DNA from: an uncultured virus (IMG/VR IMGVR_UViG_2061766007_000327)
Taxonomy: Duplodnaviria; Heunggongvirae; Uroviricota; Caudoviricetes
Direction: 5' to 3' (one strand)
Virus record (IMG/VR): IMGVR_UViG_2061766007_000327
Length of the DNA stretch: 20,000 bases
The notes under the pieces were generated by a model. That model saw only the letters and a program-made list of their open reading frames with translations, was not told where the DNA came from and ran no database searches. The position numbers were made by a program, and so were the translations under genes. Positions 1 to 5,791 of this stretch are shown here, in pieces (the first letter of the stretch is position 1; every line of letters starts with the position of its first letter).

Positions 1-113
1 AGTTGCTCAATTTCCCCATGTAAATAAACTCCGCAATGCAGAAACCCGACCGCTCCGTCATGATGGTCGCGGTAGTTCTCTGAATAATAAGAGTTGATTT
101 TTAAGGTTTTCAT
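1..113 (-). CDS. Hypothetical protein, 3' end outside window (MKTLKINSYYSENYRDHHDG...)
   Basis: Manual translation from ATG at 113; open to the window edge; starts 4 nt after the stop of the upstream small gene. Confidence 0.6.
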   Translation of the reverse strand, partial: MKTLKINSYYSENYRDHHDGAVGFLHCGVYLHGEIEQ

Positions 114-117
114 AATG

Positions 118-282
118 CTAATTTATCGGTTCAACCTTTTCAAAGCCAAAGAATATCTGATAGACCCCTTCGACTCCGTTAAACTTGGCCTGCACGACCG
201 TTCCTCGTTTGCAGGTCACAATCATTTCCTTGCCGTCATACATAAAACGGCTGCCTACCGGCATTTCTGATACTGATTTCAT
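118..282 (-). CDS. Small hypothetical protein, 54 aa (MKSVSEMPVGSRFMYDGKEMIVTCK...)
   Basis: Manual translation; ATGA start/stop overlap with 279..509. Confidence 0.7.
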   Translation of the reverse strand: MKSVSEMPVGSRFMYDGKEMIVTCKRGTVVQAKFNGVEGVYQIFFGFEKVEPIN

Positions 283-509
283 TTGCACATCTCTTTTAGT
301 TCCTTCTTAATTCTCCTAGCAGTTTCGCCACGCCAGGTGCTGGCGTTGCATAAGAAGTACAGGACAACACTCTTCGCGCTGTCACAGTAATAGTTGTCGT
401 TGATGCTCTCGATCGACATCATCGCATCCAAATAGTCCTTCGCATACGGACTCACCTTTGCGCCCCAATCCTTGCGGATTTCGCGGGCAATTTCACAAAT
501 CGCTCTCAT
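279..509 (-). CDS. Conserved phage hypothetical protein, 76 aa
   Basis: ORF track; EIAREIRKDW...YLDAM...YFLCNASTWRGETARRIKKEL resembles a small protein family recurring in phage early regions (recalled, not searched). Confidence 0.85.
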   Translation of the reverse strand: MRAICEIAREIRKDWGAKVSPYAKDYLDAMMSIESINDNYYCDSAKSVVLYFLCNASTWRGETARRIKKELKEMCK

Positions 510-510
510 C

Positions 511-645
511 TTACTTTACTTTTTCAATGAAACAATACTTCCCATAGCGAGCCTTCAAGGCTATCATTTTCCTCGCTCGCTTCTCGCTCTCGTACGTGCC
601 TACTTCGATCCGCACGCCACGATACATCCTGTAAACTCTAAACAT
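511..645 (-). CDS. Small basic hypothetical protein, 44 aa (MFRVYRMYRGVRIEVGTYESEKRARK...)
   Basis: Manual translation; stop lies 1 nt before the next ATG; tight operon packing. Confidence 0.6.
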   Translation of the reverse strand: MFRVYRMYRGVRIEVGTYESEKRARKMIALKARYGKYCFIEKVK

Positions 646-712
646 TGCCGTTCACTTTTTCGTCGCTCGGGAACATTCCCACGACAACCAACATTATTAC
701 TAAGACCCACAT
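638..712 (-). CDS. Possible 24-aa hydrophobic peptide (MWVLVIMLVVVGMFPSDEKVNGNV)
   Basis: Fills the gap between neighbouring genes exactly; N-terminal hydrophobic run. Confidence 0.4.
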   Translation of the reverse strand: MWVLVIMLVVVGMFPSDEKVNGNV

Positions 713-715
713 ATC

Positions 716-898
716 CTATGCGTTTATCATTGCTTTGTACATCTCAATACTTTCGCGTCCCTCCGCGATTTGATACCATCCGCTTATCCGCGTCCAGAAC
801 TCCCCCGCCCTCATCGCTCGCTCCGCGGTCGGTCGCTCTTCAACCCGAATAATTACATTGAATCGGTCGTAAATCACTGCTGCGTATTCGTTATGCAT
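716..898 (-). CDS. Hypothetical protein, 60 aa
   Basis: ORF track; fits the tightly packed leftward operon. Confidence 0.7.
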   Translation of the reverse strand: MHNEYAAVIYDRFNVIIRVEERPTAERAMRAGEFWTRISGWYQIAEGRESIEMYKAMINA

Positions 899-1016
899 AA
901 TTCCTGTGGTTTTTCTTGTTCAACTTCGTCCGCTTCGCAATCTTACGACTACGGCGGTCGTCCATCTCGTACATCTCATCCCAAGACATACGATTCCATT
1001 CATGCTTTGTCTTCAT
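891..1016 (-). CDS. Small basic hypothetical protein, 41 aa (MKTKHEWNRMSWDEMYEMDDRRSRK...)
   Basis: Manual translation; overlaps the next start by 8 nt. Confidence 0.55.
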   Translation of the reverse strand: MKTKHEWNRMSWDEMYEMDDRRSRKIAKRTKLNKKNHRNYA

Positions 1017-1020
1017 CGCT

Positions 1021-1182
1021 CTACCCTCCAATCGTGTAAGACACTTCCGCCACAGAATAGATATACTCATCTTGGTGGCTCATAATTCGGGCATAATCTT
1101 CAGCATCGCTCTTGTTATCGCAAGTAAACAAAACTGACGGGTTCAAACTTTTGAACCAACGCAATACAACATACTTTTTCAT
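1021..1182 (-). CDS. Small hypothetical protein, 53 aa (MKKYVVLRWFKSLNPSVLFTCDNKSDAEDYARIM...)
   Basis: Manual translation; AT-rich leader (ttataaaattagttagcg) typical of Bacteroidota translation starts. Confidence 0.7.
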   Translation of the reverse strand: MKKYVVLRWFKSLNPSVLFTCDNKSDAEDYARIMSHQDEYIYSVAEVSYTIGG

Positions 1183-1802
1183 CGCTAACTAATTTTATAA
1201 GGTTATTCGTAGCGAGCGCCCGATTCGATCGGACAGCATCGCGCCTTTCGCTCGCCCATTACTCAGTAGCCAATTTTCTCTGCTTCGTGCCAGATTCTGA
1301 AACACGACATAGTAAACTCATTACTTTCGACTACCTACGGCTGTTCAACTTATATCTATTCGTTCGGTTTGCCATTCCATTGTCGCTCTTCGTCCATTTT
1401 ATCTCTAGGTATGGATACCTGTCAGAACGCTCGTGTCGTGTGTCACTCACTACTGGACATAGTTTCCTCCGAACCTTCTATGTCGTTCCGCTCGTTCCCG
1501 CTGGTTCTATACGCTCCGGTTCCAGCACCGTATTTTATACTCCTTATGAGACCGTCCACAGCAAACTCGTTGCTCGGCTTACATCGTTCGGAGTCCCGTC
1601 TACTAAACCCGTTCGTTCGGGTCGTTCGCTCGGTATTCTCAGTATGTCCTGTCATTCGGCCCGTTCACGTCAATTTGGCGTTTCAAGGTCAAAATTTGAG
1701 GGTACAAAGTGCCCCCATCGGCTACATTCAAAAAGCCGATTGCATGGCAAGCTAAGGGACGCATTCAAGTCCCTTAGCCCGTATTGATATGTAACTATTT
1801 AG
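1183..1802 (-). ncRNA. Candidate large structured non-coding RNA ending in a tRNA-like minihelix
   Basis: 620 nt without a convincing ORF in an otherwise gene-dense operon; many hairpins with G-U pairs favouring the minus strand; terminal 7-bp acceptor plus T-arm. Confidence 0.5.
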
Positions 1803-2237
1803 TTACTTTGTGGTTGTCGGTGTTACAATAGTTTGGCTGAATCGGTTGCCCTGCCTATTACTTTCAATGCAATTGATAGCGCATTTTTTCAGCAACCCGC
1901 GGGCCGTTACACCGGACAACCTTGCAACCTTGAAAACAACCTTCCCGTCTTCGGTTCTTACCTTATTGCAGGGCTTTCCGTCTTCGGTTGCATATCTTGA
2001 AAAATTCTTGATAAGCCATATTTCAGGCTTTTCTCCCTTACTGCCTGCAATCCCTGCAATAACGGAATTCAATGCCTTATAAGCAGTGTTTTCCGCTTTC
2101 AGTCCATCCCATTGTAGTTTCAACTGCTTTTCAAAAGAGTCGAAAAACGCTTTCACGCTTTCCTTTGCTTTTCTGCTTTCGTCATTGCTGAATTCATTTA
2201 TAGTCCTTTCAGCGAAGACATTTTTTACATCTGCCAT
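1803..2237 (-). CDS. Hypothetical protein, 144 aa; first gene of the leftward operon
   Basis: ORF track; A-rich leader (ttaaaaacaaaagttATG). Confidence 0.85.
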   Translation of the reverse strand: MADVKNVFAERTINEFSNDESRKAKESVKAFFDSFEKQLKLQWDGLKAENTAYKALNSVIAGIAGSKGEKPEIWLIKNFSRYATEDGKPCNKVRTEDGKVVFKVARLSGVTARGLLKKCAINCIESNRQGNRFSQTIVTPTTTK

Positions 2238-2341
2238 AACTTTTGTTTTTAAGTGTTAAACTTTGCTTTTCAGTGTTGGTAACGCTTGCAGTGTCTTATC
2301 TATTAATAGGTATTTTCCCGCTTGCGTTATACCTATATAAT

Positions 2342-2357
2342 TACAGATATTATGCCA
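2342..2357 (-). promoter_or_regulatory. Sigma54-like -24/-12 promoter (TGGCATAATATCTGTA) facing the leftward operon
   Basis: Partial match to TGGCAC-N5-TTGC with correct GG...G spacing, ~105 nt upstream of the ATG at 2237. Confidence 0.35.
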
Positions 2358-2373
2358 AATATGCTATAATATA

Positions 2374-2444
2374 TAAATTTATACCTTTTGACAACTTAAT
2401 TATCGTAAAACGATATGAAAATATATTAAATTTATACCTTTTGA
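2374..2444. repeat. 18-bp perfect direct repeat TAAATTTATACCTTTTGA x2
   Basis: Copies at 2374-2391 and 2427-2444. Confidence 0.9.
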
Positions 2445-2478
2445 ATAATTTTAAGTTTGGCACACCTAAAATAGTACA

Positions 2479-2521
2479 TGACAAAATGTCATGACAAAGT
2501 GTCAGGCCTGACAAAATGTCA
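2479..2521. promoter_or_regulatory. Three tandem palindromic operator/enhancer-like sites TGACA-N3-TGTCA
   Basis: Copies at 2479-2491, 2492-2504 and 2509-2521. Confidence 0.75.
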
Positions 2522-2707
2522 TGTTTTATGTCTTATCGAAAAACATTAAAAAATTTACGTTTTACGCTGCTTGTAACCAACATCACAAAGGGACTAAATG
2601 CTTGATTGTCAACAACTTAAAACGTTTTAAAGGGTGGCGGGGTATGCCATGTAGGCCGAGGGACAGACCCCAGGTGCGTTCCTGAAATTTTTTTTCGAGT
2701 GTAATTC

Positions 2708-2970
2708 GATGTAGCTGAAACTGTGTAAAACCTACCTAATATCATAAGACCTACACTCTATAAATAATTAATTTTCAACTTATTAATCTTTAAAATGTAG
2801 AAGTGTAGTTAAGTAATAAGATATAAAAGGTAATATGCTCTCTTTATACGTATATAAAAAGAATGGCATTTCAGACTACACTCCTACACTGGATCTTCGT
2901 AACTGCGATGATTATCAATGTGTTGCACCGATGTACCCCTGAATGTAGGGTGTACACTGCCCTACACTGG
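2708..2970. repeat. CTACA(CT)/(AG)TGTAG iteron-like repeats; candidate replication origin
   Basis: CTACACT at 2751, 2876, 2884, 2962; TGTAG at 2710, 2796, 2804, 2944; AT-rich spacers; IHF-consensus-like TATCAATGTGTTG at 2913-2925. Confidence 0.55.
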
Positions 2971-2973
2971 CAT

Positions 2974-2981
2974 TACATTTG
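2974..2981 (+). promoter_or_regulatory. Bacteroidota -7 promoter element TACATTTG
   Basis: TAnnTTTG consensus 35 nt before the ATG at 3017. Confidence 0.45.
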
Positions 2982-3016
2982 CAGCGGACGACCTTCCGAG
3001 AAATCATTCAAATGTT

Positions 3017-3172
3017 ATGGACAAGCGAGAATTGAGATTGGGCGACGAGGTGCTCTGGAATGGGCAGGTCGCAGTGGTCGACACCCTGACGCAGACATGC
3101 GTCGCACTGGTATGCGTGGATAACAATGACTACGTGATCGTGAGCTATGCCGACATTCAGCGGAAGAATTAA
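3017..3172 (+). CDS. Small hypothetical protein, 51 aa (MDKRELRLGDEVLWNG...)
   Basis: Internal ATG of ORF 2918..3172; ELRLGDxV start is typical of small phage beta-barrel proteins. Confidence 0.65.
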   Translation: MDKRELRLGDEVLWNGQVAVVDTLTQTCVALVCVDNNDYVIVSYADIQRKN

Positions 3173-3543
3173 GGAGGAGCGGAAGGCGCTCTTCGGAAAG
3201 TACGAGGTCAGCGACCGCGGGATCGTCTACAGCGACGGGATGCNNNNNNNNNNNNNNNNNNNNNNTCGGGGTCAACCTGCGAGGGAAGCGGGTGAAGATC
3301 TGCGAGCTGGTGGCGAAGGCGTTCTTGGATGGGGGCGGAGAAGGTCGCTGGGTCCGGCATAAGAACGGCGATGTAAAGGATAACCGGGTGGAGAACCTGG
3401 AGTGGTCGGAAAAGAAGGAAGAGAGAAGGGGCCGGAAGAGCGCGGAGAGGATCGTAAGGGNNNNNNNNNNGGTGAGCGAGGAGGGGATTAGGTCTTGCCT
3501 GCGGGGTGTGCAGAAAAGTGCCGGGGGACTCTTGTGGTTTTGA
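3147..3543 (+). CDS. NUMOD4-HNH homing-endonuclease-like protein (interrupted by two N gaps)
   Basis: YEVSDRGIV (NUMOD4-like), ELVAKAFL...VRHKNGDVKDNRVENLEW (HNH), IRSCLRGVQKSAGGLLW (NUMOD1-type HTH tail); the frame change coincides with an N gap. Confidence 0.8.
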
Positions 3544-3554
3544 CGGAAGTTTCG

Positions 3555-3562
3555 TAGCTTTG
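3555..3562 (+). promoter_or_regulatory. Bacteroidota -7 element TAGCTTTG (probably a leaderless transcript)
   Basis: TAnnTTTG 5 nt before the ATG at 3568; CTTG 20 nt upstream. Confidence 0.6.
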
Positions 3563-3567
3563 CGTTC

Positions 3568-3747
3568 ATGGGAAATGCAGAGATCTTAAGAGGAATGAGC
3601 AGGGAGGAGCTGGAAAGGCTCTTCGCGGAGCGGCGGATGCTGCTCCTGGAGGTGCGTGACGAGATTGACCGGCGTGACCGCGAATGGGGAAAGCCGGGTG
3701 TCGATGTGGACTTCACGAAGTATGTAGGTGACGGCATCGAGGGCTAG
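3568..3747 (+). CDS. Small hypothetical protein, 59 aa (MGNAEILRGMSREELERLFAERR...)
   Basis: Manual translation; directly follows the -7 element; helical charged sequence. Confidence 0.7.
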   Translation: MGNAEILRGMSREELERLFAERRMLLLEVRDEIDRRDREWGKPGVDVDFTKYVGDGIEG

Positions 3748-3761
3748 GCACGCGATTTGTA
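3746..3761 (+). promoter_or_regulatory. Sigma54-like promoter AGGCACGCGATTTGTA
   Basis: Close match to TGGCACG-N4-TTGCW, 31 nt before the ATG at 3793. Confidence 0.45.
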
Positions 3762-3792
3762 GCGAGGGACAACTTTTAGAAATCGAGATATT

Positions 3793-4038
3793 ATGTTTGC
3801 TATTTGTGACAAGGTAGTGTACTTGAACACTGCGACGCGGAAGTTCGACACCGCGGTTATCAAGGGAATCCAGATCGTGCCGACCGGGATCAGCAAGAAT
3901 GAGGAGGGCGAGGATGTCCTGGACGGTAGCGTTGTTTTGTACCAGACGAAGGAGGGGCCGGTGCTTGCGGAGGCTGAGGTCTTCGCGAGCGAGGAGGAGG
4001 CTAAGAAGGTCTGGACCGATGTGATTGCAAGTCTTTAG
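3793..4038 (+). CDS. Hypothetical protein, 81 aa
   Basis: ORF track; AT-rich leader; codon usage like neighbours. Confidence 0.85.
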   Translation: MFAICDKVVYLNTATRKFDTAVIKGIQIVPTGISKNEEGEDVLDGSVVLYQTKEGPVLAEAEVFASEEEAKKVWTDVIASL

Positions 4039-4123
4039 GTTTATGAGAATATCCCGCAGTGATGCGCGTACCGTGTTAGTTTTTCATTGTGATTGTTTTA
4101 CTGGCAGCCGGGAAAGACCGGCA

Positions 4124-4179
4124 GGCGGGGAAGCGGCGGTTTAGGGCCGCGGTCGGAGGTTCGAATCCTTCCCCCGTTT
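4124..4179 (+). ncRNA. D-arm-less tRNA-like element
   Basis: Acceptor GGCGGGG/CCCCGTT, 2-nt linker, GCGGC-ggtttagg-GCCGC stem-loop, GGTC variable region, T-arm GGAGG-TTCGAAT-CCTTC. Confidence 0.7.
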
Positions 4180-4225
4180 CAAAATTGGAAATGCGTTAAT
4201 GGGTACGGCGCATGAGTGGAATAGT

Positions 4226-4292
4226 AGGCGAGTCCTCGTCGGGTGTACCCACCCTCCCCTGGCGGAGGTGCCCGATGGGGGCTTGCCTTTTT
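4226..4292 (+). terminator. Long hairpin followed by a T run; terminator/attenuator-like, 20 nt before the helicase start
   Basis: 19-bp stem 4226-4244/4270-4288 (with G-U pairs) ending in TTTTT. Confidence 0.55.
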
Positions 4293-4312
4293 AGCTGAAA
4301 AACCGCAGTTCA

Positions 4313-5791
4313 GTGAGATACGACAACATAGTAGAATATCTGTGCGAGACAGTTGGTCCGGCGATTCAAGGCGCGGGAGCGACTGATGAGAGGGTAAATA
4401 AGCGCACGGAGGCAGGTATGGCGATCGCGTTCCGGCGTTACGTCTGTGGGATAGACGGCGATAGCGGATGCGATTTCTTCAAGGTTGATGACGACGATCA
4501 GCTGTTCCTCTTCAACGGCATGCATTACGAGGTCGTGAAGGAGGAGATCTTGCAGGAGATCATCATCGAGGTGATGGAGGAGATGGAGGTCGGGATCGTC
4601 TATCTGGCGAATTCGGCCAAGGGTATCAAGGATTTGTGCATGAATAAGCTGAAGACGGACGAGAGATGCCGCTTCGTGGCCGACCGGAGGTACGTCTGTT
4701 TCCGTAACGGGGTGTTCGACTGTGAGACCGGGAAGCTCCTGGCTCACGATGTGAGGTATAAGACTGACATCATCTTGGATTTCGACTACCGGGCCGATGC
4801 GGTGAGTGCGTTGTGGGACAAGGTTCTCGCGCAGACCGTGCCGGATATCAGCATGCGGGAGACTTTCCACCAGTTCTGCGGGTGCTTTTTAGCGAAGAGG
4901 GAGCAGTACAAGATCGAGTATATCTGTTTCATAGTGGGCGAGGGTCAGAACGGCAAGAGCATCATCTGCAAAGCGGTTATCAATACGCTGGGCAGGGGTG
5001 TCGCCAGTGCCTACTCGCCGGAGCAGTTGTTTAAGAGCAGCCAGGCGGAGTATCATCTGGCGGATGTGAACGGCAAGATCGTGAATTACTGCGATGATGT
5101 GAGCAAGAAGGACTTCTCCGGGGGCGATTTCAAGCAGTTCGTGAGCGGTGGGGAGTTCACGGGGAGGCATCCTTATAGCAAGAGGCCGACAAAGGTCAAC
5201 AAGATCCCGCTGATGCTGTGCTGCGCCAACAATATCCCGCCGACTACTGATGACACTGAGGGGTATTTCAGGCGCTTTTTGATTATATTGGCCCCGAATC
5301 ATATAGATGAGAGGGACAAGGATGTCACTCTGGAGGCGAAACTGCAGGCGGACGATGTAAAAGCGGCTATTTTCAACTGGATTTATGAGGGGTATAAGGC
5401 TTTTGTGGCGAATGGCGGCAAGATCGACATCGCGTCGACCGTCAAGGATGTGATAGAGGAGATGCGAGCGACCAGCAACTCGCTGCGGAGGTGGATTTCC
5501 GAGTTCAATTATGGGAAAGTCGAGCCGGAGGGGTCGAGCGATCCGAGATGGAAGCCTTTGAAGGCCTGGTGCAAGGAGTATATCGAGTACTGCCAGGATT
5601 TTGGGGAGCAGCCGAAGAACAAGAATGCCGTCACGGAGATGTTCAAGAAGATGGGATTGGCGAAGACGCGCCGGAGTGACGGAATGTGGTACTGCATGGG
5701 TACTGTTGAGGAAAAGAAGGAGCGGAAGAAAGCCGAGAAGGAGGAGGATATGCCTAATTTTGTTGAACCTTTGAATTTTTTGCCGTTCTGA
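4313..5791 (+). CDS. SF3 DNA helicase, D5/P4-alpha family (D5_N plus ATPase; no N-terminal primase domain evident)
   Basis: CFRNGVFD (D5_N), Walker A GEGQNGKS, Walker B-like VNYCDD, motif C CANNIP, FRRFLII arginine finger; GTG start. Confidence 0.9.
   Translation: MRYDNIVEYLCETVGPAIQGAGATDERVNKRTEAGMAIAFRRYVCGIDGDSGCDFFKVDDDDQLFLFNGMHYEVVKEEILQEIIIEVMEEMEVGIVYLANSAKGIKDLCMNKLKTDERCRFVADRRYVCFRNGVFDCETGKLLAHDVRYKTDIILDFDYRADAVSALWDKVLAQTVPDISMRETFHQFCGCFLAKREQYKIEYICFIVGEGQNGKSIICKAVINTLGRGVASAYSPEQLFKSSQAEYHLADVNGKIVNYCDDVSKKDFSGGDFKQFVSGGEFTGRHPYSKRPTKVNKIPLMLCCANNIPPTTDDTEGYFRRFLIILAPNHIDERDKDVTLEAKLQADDVKAAIFNWIYEGYKAFVANGGKIDIASTVKDVIEEMRATSNSLRRWISEFNYGKVEPEGSSDPRWKPLKAWCKEYIEYCQDFGEQPKNKNAVTEMFKKMGLAKTRRSDGMWYCMGTVEEKKERKKAEKEEDMPNFVEPLNFLPF

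Noticed and set aside
1287..1787. ORFs 1287..1787 (+), 1369..1755 (+) and 1443..1655 (-)
   Set aside because: The plus-strand ORFs oppose the operon and have S/R/V-rich shadow composition; the minus ORF lacks an AT-rich leader and has an unprotein-like R/S/E/T bias reflecting GAACGA repeats. A short real peptide cannot be fully excluded
2243..2494. 83-aa hydrophobic ORF
   Set aside because: TTG start in very AT-rich regulatory DNA, running through repeats and operators; hydrophobicity follows from T-richness
2374..2970. CRISPR array or mini-array
   Set aside because: Repeats are short, of several kinds and irregularly spaced. The 18-bp pair has a 35-nt spacer but only two short non-palindromic copies, and no cas gene is present
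3244..3292. Programmed frameshift in the HNH gene
   Set aside because: The frame change falls within an N gap of estimated length
4138..4145. Ochre-suppressor tRNA (TTA in the loop) or stop-codon recoding
   Set aside because: The loop is 8 nt and non-canonical, the D-arm is absent, and TAA, TAG and TGA all terminate well-packed genes; long genes are intact under the standard code
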